Assembly (NCBI GenBank): GCA_003614675.1
Contig: ML002261.1
Span: 1 to 54,886 of the forward strand
Reading direction: 5' to 3'
DNA from: Dimargaris cristalligena
Taxonomy: Eukaryota
Length of the DNA stretch: 54,886 nucleotides
Within the stretch, counting starts at the first letter, position 1; every line of letters starts with the position of its first letter. The position numbers were made by a program, and so were the translations under genes. The notes under the pieces are model-generated. The model did no database searches. It was not told the DNA's origin and saw only the letters and a program-made list of their open reading frames with translations. Of the stretch, positions 1-10,645 are shown piece after piece.

Positions 1-700
1 ATATCACTCGCATTTATATTTGATATCATCATTAGCCAGATATATTCGTAAACTCATCATTATTTATCAACCCCAACAGTAATACTACGTAGGTTGAACT
101 TCAACCACTTTCTAAGTATAAATACCTTCAAGAATCGCAACTCTTAATAAAACATCTCTTTTTTCATTCTTCTGAACTGTACCGGCAGTTTTGCCTACAG
201 TTATCTTAGTTATTCTTAAAGTTCGACTTTACTATCTCTTTGATTATAAGGCATTCACGCCTATTACTATATTAGTCACTCTGCCACACCACAACATAGC
301 TATAATTGAAGAATGGCTATGGTATTTCACACCAAAGAATAACTCTCGGTGCTCGATGGTTCGATCCACAAACCTGCCCCTTTTTACCAGAGAAGCCGCG
401 GGTGGGGTTTGCCCTATGCTTGCATTTTATTGGATAGCAGTGTGAGTAGGTTTAACGGCATCCGTTGAGTTATCAAGCCCCTCACTACGAAAATGAAAAT
501 AGTGAGCTCAACACGGGTAAACATGTCCGCATTCACTTTCTACTATTCGCCAGGACTTATTTTTCCACTTGTACAGGGCTGCTGGTGTGTATCCCCTACT
601 CCACCATTCGTCAACTATTATTCCTATTTATGTATTTTTTCAAACTACTTGGTCTGCCTCCGCTTCACATTTGTCCCTATAACCACTCACGTTCAACCCG

Positions 701-3084
701 ATGCTCGAGGAAACGGTTTCTCCGAATTCGGACCCCAATGGAAATGAGGATAAAACTCCGCGTACGTTAACGCGGGAACATCTCTACCAGCTCCGCGAGC
801 GAGTCCGTCACCAAAAACTGCAAACCTTCATGACCTTGGAAGCCGTCGTGTCCGAACAACTCGATGTAATCCAACCCTCCCCGCCCCACCCCCGTATGGA
901 GCTGCGCTCGCCTCCCCAGCCCCCTATCTCACGTCATTTATCCCCCGTCACGCCGGCCCCTACCGATGGGGAAAACACCTCACCCATTCCAATCCTTTAT
1001 ATTTCCAACGACTACCATGCCTTATCATCGGCGGGGGAACAGTCCGGGTCTAGTCCCTATGGGTCGGATTTTTCCGGTGCCGATATGGATTCACCACCCG
1101 ATGATCTAACGGAAGTCATATCCTTTTTACCGTTTGAAAGTCCGGCCGTGCCCGATTCATTAGGCGGTAGTTCTTTTATAGCCGTGGTACCGCGTACCGG
1201 CAGGCCGCCAATCCCCCCGGCGGCGACGGCGGCGGCCACTTTGAGCGTGGGGGGGCAGCCTGCCATAGTGAAGGATTCCCCCATCACTCCCGTATTCCAA
1301 ACATTTCAACCCGGCCGGAATCCAACCCGGGCCGCTATGTTCATGACGAGAGGCCGCCTTACCGCAATAGCAGCAGTCACGCCTCTCGTATCCAAGACGA
1401 TGACCCACCCGGCTCATTCTACGACGGGATTCCATACGTTGAATAACCGGAGCGATAGTGGACCAGATGCCGATGCCGCTTCGGATACTGATGAGGATAC
1501 TTCGTCCCCACGGCGGGTTCAATTTGTTATGCCACCTGTATCGCAAGAATCCGCTCAATTAAACAGTTTGGACGAGCCTGTCGCTCCTTCGTACGGGACT
1601 CGCACCTCTATCGACGCTTCCGGAGTGCATTCTATGCATACCACTACCAAATTGCAGCTGCCATCCACCATCAATTTCATGACTACCCCTCAGGCCACCA
1701 ACAGTCGAATCCCACGCCCCGCCAGGTTACCGACTGCGCCCAGTCGTTGTTTTTCCGAACCTTCGGCACAACTGCCCGCTAACCTTCGTGATAATAATAT
1801 TGGTCCCGCCATACCCGAGAAAAATAAAACAGTCGACCTGGCCCCGACTCATCCTATAGAACGACCACCTCCATCCCATGCCTTGCCTCCACTACCGGTT
1901 ACCACCTCCCAGTCTAAGGCAGCGAAGACCATGCCCTCACGCATTGAGCAACGGTTGCAGCAACGCCAGGACTTAAATCGAGCCCGACTGGAAATCGAAT
2001 CACTCCAACTCGATCTACTTAAACTACAGGCCCAGTTTAGGGAGCGTTCACGGGAATTTCAGGATACTCTTGAACAGGCCGAACATGATCTAGCCGAAGC
2101 CCGGGCGAAAAATACCACCTACTTGGAAACGATTCACGACCAGCAGGTTCGAATTAATAACCTCATCCATGAAAACCGGCTATTGCAAGGCCAGAGGGCT
2201 CAATCGGAAATTCCGCATATAGTTTCAGGGCCCCGAGTCAACCATACTGGGTTTGGTTCCGCTGACTACATATCCCCCGCATCGGCGCTACATCAGCCGC
2301 CTATTCACGCAGCCCACGAGCATACCAGTGAGGGTCGACCAATTCTGTCATCAACGTGGCAAGCGCCTTCTTTCGGGATGACCAGTCCTTTCTCGGAAGG
2401 GCGAATATCCAGTCCCGCATCAATGCCGGACCATAGCCAATGGGAACCCCAACGCCAGGCGCTAACGAAGGCACTAGCCCAGCTGCAACTGTCACTCGAC
2501 TTTGTCAAGGTAAGCACCGTTGTGTTGATGTTTACTATGCAAACCTTAACCGAACCCCCTCGCTATGGGGAACATCTCATAAGTATTATTTTTTTCTTTT
2601 AGCGTGAAATACGATCCCTACAATATGGCAAGTCCAGATTTTGATTTAATGGGATGCCTCGTATTTAAGCTATGCTCCAATGCATTTTTGGATTCTACTG
2701 AGCTAATTATACGCAAATGCTTCCACCTTCCTATAAATTGGTTACTGTGCGATGTAGGAAAAGTGCCATGCCAACGGAAAACTGGAGCGCGAAATGGGCG
2801 ACGGATCGATGGTCCAAGCGTACCCCGACGGCAATGTCAAACTGTCGCTCGTGTGTCCACCTACAATAGCCATCGTATTCGTCAATGGCGATACATCCAA
2901 GACTCACCGCGATATGGGCTGGACCGAATATATGTATGCAGCCGACCAAATCAGGCATACCCGGGGTGGTAAGCTCGACTTTGAATACTGGGAGTATTTG
3001 CAATTGGGCTTCTGCGAAAAATGGTTCCCTGATGGGCGCCGGGAGCGGATTGAAGGCTTACACCCGCTGGATAGCTCTAATTAA
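701..3084 (+). CDS. SAS-4/CPAP (CENPJ)-like centriole protein: long disordered region, coiled coil, short C-terminal TCP10_C (G-box) domain
   Basis: Exon 1 701-2509 ends at a phase-0 donor AAG|gtaagc. Simplest model: intron 2510-2757 (branch gctaat ~2702, tag acceptor), exon 2 2758-3084. The joined C-terminus EKCHANGKLEREMGDGSMVQAYPDGNVK...IVFVNGD...YMYAADQIRHT...EKWFPDGRRE has the repeated (P)DG/NG beta-hairpin pattern of the CPAP TCP domain. A heptad-rich coiled coil lies at ~aa 410-500. A possible microexon at 2603-2627 makes the exon structure uncertain. Confidence 0.75.
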
Positions 3085-3335
3085 TTTGGTTATCTGTATA
3101 GGTGATTACTCATGGTCTCATAGCATTTGAATCAACCCGAATCGGGTTTGGTAAGATCCTATTTATATATATATATATGTTTTATTGCACGTGTACTATA
3201 GTTCAATCATTAAGATGTCTGGGGCGTAAAACAATCGAATTTCTTGGTCAATGTTGCTTTTGAACCGATACTTTATAAATACGTTTAGTATGAAGTTCGT
3301 AAAATGGGTTATCCAGGTCAGTAGAGTAAAGGGGT

Positions 3336-4474
3336 TTATGCTTTGGGAGCCGCCAATTGAATAATGTTTTGGAGTTCCGAAACCCGCTGCCGGGCTTGCT
3401 CAATACATGCCTGGATTGTGGGAGAGTTGGCGACGGCGGTCTTACCGTGAGACCAAACGTGGGCTAATTGGCCACTCGTATCCAACACGATGGAGACGAG
3501 GGTCTCGGCCACCTTTTCCTCGGTCGCATTAGGGTCGGCCAGAATCACGCCATCGGGCAAACAGGCGAAGCTAGCGGCAAAGAGGGGTCGAGCTACGGTC
3601 AGGGCCACCGTAGCGGAATCGGCACTTTGGGTAGAAGGGGAGGTGGGTTCGACGGTGATCAATGATGTTTCTTCGTGGAAAGTCGCGCGGGGGAGTTTGG
3701 TATTCTGGAGGGCGGTCGTCAGCGCCAGTAGGGCGGCATCCAGGATATTGCCATCGAACGCCAGACACGTGATATCGACGTACAGGGTCCAGACGGCGGC
3801 TCCTTCGACGATACACAGCTGTTCGAGGTCCAGCAGGTGACCGGTCCGGACCAGTTGGTCTAGGCGGTGGCTAATGGTTTGGGCGAGTTCGCTGGGGGCA
3901 CCGGGGGCGAAATCGGCCGAGCAAATGGGGGAGAGCTCGAGATTGGGGACCACGTAGCCTTGTTTGGGGGTGGCAAATTTGGGCTCGGCGACTTCACCCT
4001 TGATACCGCAGATGACCATATTATTTCCCTGGCGAACTACCGACGAGCCGTACGCCGTGCTGATCGAGTCTGTGATGCGGACGTGTGGGGGGTGGCGTTA
4101 AATGCCATGGCATTATTAGTACTGGTTCCAAAAGACGTGAGAATAAGTGAAGCTACCCAAGTAAACCACGGATATAAAGATTTATTCGAGAGCCTCCTAC
4201 TGATGTCAATGGATCGAAGCATTCCCGGGACAGCCAGAAGGCATCTTTTTATCTGAGCCGGAAAGAAGGATTTTGTTAGTTCTGCGTTCCTCCACGGGGC
4301 TTCAGAATGGGCTGACTACCTACTTATTTGCACCGAAGTTTGCCGGAATGCGGGGAAGCGCCGGGCATCGGGTCGGATCTTCTGGGAGGTGAACCGCTTG
4401 TAGTATTCCTCCGGAGCGATCTTTTCAAAGGCGGCGGCTGACAGTACAAAGGGGGAAGGGGCGGACGACGACAT
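3336..4474 (-). CDS. RRP43: Exosome complex RNase PH-like subunit Rrp43 (EXOSC8)
   Basis: Exon 1 4474-4324 (MSSSAPSPFVLSAAAFEKIAPEEYYKRF...IRPDARRFPAFR), phase-1 intron 4323-4070 (gtaggt...cacag), exon 2 4069-3336 (STAYGSSVVRQGNNMVICGIK, VVPNLEL, LCIVEG..VWTLYVDITCLAFDGNILDA, TKLP, DPNATEE). Confidence 0.9.
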
Positions 4475-4644
4475 GGCTGGGGAATGTAGGGAATTTGACG
4501 AACGTCCGAATGTAGGAATGCAATGAAGTAAAATAAGATAAAAACGGGCAATAAATCACGGACTTAACCTTTGAATGGTTAAAAAGAATTGCCTGGGGGG
4601 ATCAGTGGACCCAGCTTCTGTAGCAATGAATGCAGAGAGACAGG

Positions 4645-4669
4645 GAGAGAGAGAGAGAGAGAGAGAGAG
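4645..4669. repeat. (GA)n microsatellite
   Basis: gagagagagagagagagagagaga run upstream of RRP43. Confidence 0.9.
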
Positions 4670-5731
4670 AAGGAAAAAAAAAGGAAAAATCTATGGTTAA
4701 GCAGTCAAGGCCGGTATGAATGTGAAAAACCTAGGGCCAAGATTTCGACTTCCGTAAAGCCCTTATCAACCCCTGGCCATTATTTTGGAACAGAACAGGT
4801 GTATGTTCGGTTTACGACTAGAAAGATGAAATGGCCCTGGGGCACAGATATAAAAACTATCTTTGACGTAATGATTTTTCGTGGTGAGTATATATATATA
4901 TATATATTGCCAGAACTTGAGGTCAGCCAATTTACTATGGCAATGTCCATAAATGACATCAACAAGTGGCTCGAATACCAGTTTATAAGGTCAAATGGTC
5001 CACAGACATCAATGGTGCTACGGAAACAGCGTTGGCCAGGATTAAAGGTTGCTGTAGTGACCAAACTAATCGCGGTATAGGAACCTTGTAAATGCGACGC
5101 ATATTTTCTTTAAGTTTTAGGGTTTGGCGAAGGCAGAGGCTGTTCATCCCAGCGGGGCCGTATTGATTCGCCTCGGTGCGGAATCTCAAGGCTCCAGGGT
5201 AGATTGGGCCGTCTTCATCGATATCCGGGGAGCATCCCCGAACGGCCGTGCCCCAACTTTAGCCGCTATTAATTTAAAAGCAGTGCTTGCAGGTATCGTC
5301 GGGGAGAGGCCCTTTTTCCTTTTCCCTGTTCGCCTCGTTAATCGAACACCAGTTTTAATGGTCTTGGGGTCTTTGATTCCGCTTTAAAAGAGAATTACAA
5401 AGGGAACACCTAACCCGCACTTGCTTCGTTGGGATGCAGTGATTGGACCATTAACCGCTCTTTCGGCTCAGATTTAATGCGCAACCCTAAATACAGGAGC
5501 TGCTCCATTTGGCTCCTCTTCCCTTGATTATCCCAACTTCCCTTTACCCTCAATAACGAATTATTCTCTTCAAAGCAGCAGGTGCCCTTCTCCCCCCCAG
5601 CTCCGCTCTGGTAGTCGTCCCATTTTACCTTCTCCCATGGCTTTCTAAGGCACCTTGAACAACCGCCACTGCCATTACTATTACCATCCAGTCACCTTTA
5701 CTCCATTATCCCTGCCCTAACTATTCACACC

Positions 5732-6796
5732 ATGTCTTCCTCTATGGAAATGTGGGACAGCTTTCTTGGCTGGGCCATTCTACCCAACTTTCTCATCAGT
5801 TTTCTCCAGAAGCAGTACTATTCCTTCCGCCCGGCCGACCAACCGCCTCCGGGAAGTGCCCGGTACCGAACCCACAACCGCCGCTTCTACACCTTAGTGG
5901 TGGTCGCGTACTTGGTGTACAGCATCGGCCAGGCCCTGTATCGCATTCCCCCCAACCATTACCAGCTTCTGCAGGTCGATCCCTCTAACTTCACGCCTAA
6001 GGAACTGCGGACCAATTTCCGGCGGCTGTCCCTGCAGCACCACCCCGACAAGTCCGCCTCGGGCGACGAGACCATGATGATTCGACTCCGCCAGGCCTAC
6101 GAGGCCCTCAATGACCCGGCCAAGCGACTCGGCTACGAAGTGATGGGTTCCTCCTACCTCAAATGCAGCCATTGTAGCACTTTCCAGGACTACGTGCGGG
6201 AGGCCCGATCGTCGCTGATGGGCCATTACATTAGGTCCGGCATTATGCTGGTCATCTTCCATTTCATTAACAAGGACCAGTTCGGCCGGGTGGTGCGTAT
6301 CATGGGCATTATTCTGCTGGCCAGCCTCGAGCTGTACCTCCTTACCCGCGTGAACACGCCCCTAGCCAACTCCCTGGTCGGCCAGTTTACCGCGACCGCC
6401 GCCACCACCGCTTCGGCCGTGGCCCCGGCCCCCGCCTTTCTGCTTTTTCTGCGCCGCTTGGGCCCCCATTATCTAACCCTGCACGAGTGGATTATGGTGC
6501 TCCGCCAACTCTACTGGTCGTTTGTTCTGGCGCTGTCCCAGCTGGGCCCTCTGTATTTCCCCCCCGCCGGCCAGCAGCAACATGCCCTGATTCATAAAAA
6601 CCAGAATGTGGTCGCGAATATCCTCAGCGAAACGGTAGGCATGTACGAACACGCTTTCGCGCCCTTCGCGTCCGGCCATTCACAAGTGGAGTTGCGCCGC
6701 AAGATGGGCCAGTTGGCCGTGGAGTCCCAGATTCTACGGGACCCCGAGGTCACGCCGGTGTTTCGGGAGACCACTGCCCGTTTACGCTCCACCTAG
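5732..6796 (+). CDS. Membrane-anchored J-domain (DnaJ/Hsp40) protein, probably ER
   Basis: Single-exon 354-aa ORF. J-domain NHYQLLQV...LRTNFRRLSLQHHPDK...LRQAYEALNDPAKRLGYE with the HPD motif, flanked by several hydrophobic TM segments. Confidence 0.85.
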   Translation: MSSSMEMWDSFLGWAILPNFLISFLQKQYYSFRPADQPPPGSARYRTHNRRFYTLVVVAYLVYSIGQALYRIPPNHYQLLQVDPSNFTPKELRTNFRRLSLQHHPDKSASGDETMMIRLRQAYEALNDPAKRLGYEVMGSSYLKCSHCSTFQDYVREARSSLMGHYIRSGIMLVIFHFINKDQFGRVVRIMGIILLASLELYLLTRVNTPLANSLVGQFTATAATTASAVAPAPAFLLFLRRLGPHYLTLHEWIMVLRQLYWSFVLALSQLGPLYFPPAGQQQHALIHKNQNVVANILSETVGMYEHAFAPFASGHSQVELRRKMGQLAVESQILRDPEVTPVFRETTARLRST

Positions 6797-8019
6797 CCTC
6801 CGACGTCGATTGGATACCCCAATATCTCCCCATTAGTGCGATTGTGATGAACACGTTGTTTTGGGGACGCCTTTTGCTTTTTACCTTCTCGCCATGTGGT
6901 CTTCCGGGTATGTTTATATCCCCTCTCCAAGCTGGTTCGACGACACCTACCTACCTACCCACTATAACAAACGATTTCTACGCGCTCTACTTTGGGGAAG
7001 CGTTACCTATACGCCCTTAGCCTCCCGGATGGGGTTCGAGTCCATTCAAGTGACCGCTTTAGCTACACGGCATGCCTCGAGACATTGTCCCTAGCCCGTC
7101 TTTTGGCCATGCTTTAAACAGAAGCTACTCTCCGTAAAGCTCCCCTCCTTTTGTTTCAACTGCGCTCTGTAAAATCTTCTGTTCACATTGATAGGCCCTG
7201 GAATAATCGGACAGATCCCCAACCAATAAAGTATATACCTATTAGATGGTCGTGAATATTCTCAAATGGTATGTGGGCAAATTATCGGCGGCACTCCGCT
7301 TGGCTATAACACAGCCTAGGGTTGCATACCTCCCACCCTTCTGCGCTGCACCACTTCGATTTCCATGTTGAATATAATAGTATCACAAGGGCGACCGTCT
7401 GTGCGAGGCTCACTGTCACGATAAGGCTACCCGGCCCATTGGCCTCACCTTCTTTTCTTCCCCTTTCCTTTATGTAAAGGTCCATTATACGATTTGACCG
7501 GTCAGCTCTTAGCCAGCCAAGTTGATCTTTAGAGGGCAGGCTTAGTACTGGGACCTGGGTCTTGTTAGGTCCTACCAGTTGCCGCAAATCGAAAGGGCGG
7601 AGTATCGATTATCGAAAAACAAAACATGCACTTGGGGACGTAAAATGCGTTTTAAATAGCGGCCGCATTTACCAAAATGTAAGGGAACTGCTGCATTCGG
7701 ACGGTGGTTCATTCACCCCGCCCATGTTTTCTCCCCCCTCTCCCTTCTCTACCTCTCAATACCCACGACCAATTGCCACGGCGAGTACATGTGCTTCCAT
7801 GGGATACATAGAAAAAGGGAATGTTCAATGATTCATGCTGCGAAAAATTGAAACGCGACAAAAAGCTGGGATGTCGGCTTCAACCAAAAGAAAAGAAACA
7901 CCCCGAAAAATAGGGGGATACACTGATCCAATGGTTATGTAACAACTGTGAATATTCTGGACCGCGTCAAACCACTAAAATAAAAGCTGGATTCCCGAAG
8001 GAGGCCACTCATAGGCAAC

Positions 8020-8064
8020 GTGGGGAGATCCAATTAGGCTGTATAACGAACAATCTGGTTGAAG
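8020..8064 (+). mobile_element. Truncated, internally deleted copy of the 144-bp TIR element (left end only)
   Basis: gtggggagatccaattaggctgtataacgaacaatc-tggttgaa matches the reverse complement of the 43508-43651 copy (gtgggagtagttcaactaggctgtataacaaaaaatc...ctggttgaa). Confidence 0.55.
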
Positions 8065-8331
8065 AAGCAGGGTCCGCAAGTGAAAAGGGGGTACAGCTGT
8101 GGTGCCTTTCGTTCAAATGAATATAGCCCTTCTGCCTACCCCCCGTTGACGGTGCCATTCGGGCTAGACCGCAAGGGTACTGTCCGCCTATGTTAAGGAT
8201 GGGCCTATCGCATGTACAGGTATTTTAGTATATATATATAAACTGCCCAACTAAGTCAAGTTAAGCCCAAGGTCACCCCCCCCAGCTATAAACCGCTAGT
8301 GGTGTTGACTGGTGGTTCCGGTTAATTTCAA

Positions 8332-8338
8332 TATAAAA
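8332..8338 (+). promoter_or_regulatory. Putative TATA box of the secreted-protein gene at 8545
   Basis: TATAAAA followed by a CT-rich leader, ~210 bp upstream of the ATG. Confidence 0.4.
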
Positions 8339-8544
8339 GGGCAGCCATTTCCCTTCTACACTGACCAACAACCACCTTATCATATATCGTTTACCTGTCG
8401 CCCCTCGCTTAAACCTTTTCCTTTTATTATTCCAGCGCACCTTAGTTTTGTTCGACCTTATTTTATTGCGGCTTCCCTACCGGGTTGATCGATACCGCCA
8501 TTTAAGCCACTACCATTTTCTACTATCCTGTAATACTGGCCACC

Positions 8545-9138
8545 ATGCGCCCAACTTACACAATCCTCAACGCCCTCGCCCTAGTCGCCAGCCTTCCAAC
8601 GACGCTCTATGTATCGGCCAGCTATATCTTGCCTGGCTCGGCCAACCCCGCCTTGACCAATTCCGAAATCCTGCAGTGGGGATTATACGATACATCAAAG
8701 GAACGAGCTGACAGTGAAGACGAGGCGGCGGATAATTTTTGGAAAGACTCCGCCGATCATTAGAAACCTAAACTGGATCCCCAAATGGAGGAAACCTACC
8801 AGTAGCAGTCGGCGGCACAGGAAGAACATTATTGGTTTAGCTATTTCAATCCGGAAGAGGACCGCCGCCAGCGAGCAGAAAGGGCCCGCGAAATTCTTAA
8901 AGAGGAAGTGGAGAAGGAGTTTGAATCACCCAGTCAGGTCAGCGTCGATAAGTATTTTAACACCTGGTGGCTGAAAAAAATTCCGGCGCTTTTGTATCTC
9001 TCACCCTACTGGCTAGGATATTACTACGATGACGATAAGTTCAACATGATTAGCCAACTTTACCCGAATCTCGCAAATAGCTTTGGGGCCACACGTTAGA
9101 GGCCCCTTATCCTCGGGAAGCCCACGTCCGAGAGCTGA
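8545..9138 (+). pseudogene. Lineage-specific secreted-protein gene interrupted by in-frame stops (probable pseudogene)
   Basis: Signal peptide MRPTYTILNALALVASLPTTLYVSA. The frame stays protein-like (EDRRQRAERAREILKEEVEKEF...KYFNTWWLKKIP...YWLGYYY) across TAG at 8761 and 8803. A further TAG follows at 9097 and TGA at 9136. ORF-track ORFs 8545, 8908 and 9145 are all in one frame. Confidence 0.65.
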
Positions 9139-10645
9139 TATGAATTGCCCATCGGGTTTATTGCTTATGTATTCACCCTTGGAAATGTGATATTCGGGTA
9201 TGGACGGATATCACTCTTATTTGGAATAGATGGTGTTGTCGAATATTATACCAGGGGCAATCTCAACGACTGTCGCCCTTTGGGTTCTTTCCCAATAATC
9301 GTATTGCGCATGGCCATCTATGAGGTTTCACAGTCGCGAGAATTCCTATTTTTATATTTTATAAACTACAATAATACTTTAGATAAATAGTTTCCAATGT
9401 GTACACATGTACCTATTGCTGATTATACAAATCATTAAAATATCTGTGCATGAGCATTCCCATCTGCTGAATTAAGGGTGGCTTTCGTTGTATATAGGCC
9501 AACACTTGGGTGGACGGAGCTCTGTGAACCGTTAGGACAGGTAATCCTTTTGATGGGCTTTAAAGTATCCTACTGGGCTGCTGGAGCCCCAGAGCACTGG
9601 ATAATATCATAATACACAGCAGTAGCAAGTGTAAGGTAGGTTTAAAGTATGGCTGCGACAAAAGAGGCTGGTAGGACAGGGTGGGGTATAGTTAGTGAGC
9701 GAAACCCCGGTCCAGGCCTCCCAATTCTTCACAAAGTACGTAAGGCTGTTCCCCAACAAATCAGGATTTTGATCTTCGTTAGACATCAAAATCTAACTAG
9801 TTACTACAACTGGGCTATATGGGGGAGGTAACACCCGACTGTACATAGGTTTTGAGTTGGAATTGAATAGTAAAAATTGCAGGGTACTTTTGAACCGATA
9901 GATCCCGGCCCCGTTAATATGCTTTCTGGTATATCGATATACCGGGCGTGTCCTTTTTTAATATATATATAAATATATAAATATTGTTTTACGGGATATG
10001 GTACAAGTAAATTTGCACCCAAAGGACTACGCCCCTTTGCTATAGTCGACGCATGATTAGGTACGGATATACCATGGCCCTCTACCCATGGTGACGCCCC
10101 GTAACCTACACATGCTTCATCAGCTTTCCCAGTCTATATGGGTGGTTCAATTTCCATTGAGGTCCTCTGGATGCCCGTGGATACCTTCCAGCACTAACCT
10201 TACTATTCTAAGATAGAATACCTTCAGCGCCCACCGTACCTATAAAAAAGTTAGCTCGGGCTATGCACCATTTATTTGGGTATCCTACAATGTGCGCCCA
10301 CCCCAAAGTTAGTACCCCGTCCACTTGGGTAATCAATATATTTTGCCATCCCCCCCCCATCACCTGGTAGGAAATGCAGGATTGATGGCAGTTCGCAGTC
10401 TAGTAGAACCCATCTATCCAATATCCCCAAGTACGATACCCAAGTAGTGAATCCCTTAAGCAACCCCAACCACTGGCTTGGAGTTAATCAGTGTGATACA
10501 TACCTCAAGAGTCGTTTATTTCAAATACATAGTGAGTTTTTAAACCTCGAGTAGATTAGCCGAGTTGGGGGTGCATTACCAACAAAGTAGATTACCTGCC
10601 AATAACTGACATGTAAATAAACTATAACCAAACATGGGCAGTAAA

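Noticed and set aside
7020..7050. GGTTCGAGTCC resembling a tRNA T-loop / Pol III B box
   Set aside because: The T-stem pairs poorly and no acceptor, D or anticodon arms can be built; it lies in the probable 3' UTR of the J-domain gene.
8761..8805. Genome-wide TAG stop-codon reassignment
   Set aside because: TAG ends several conserved genes here (6796, 16272, 29600, 33073, 33907), and no conserved gene has an internal TAG.
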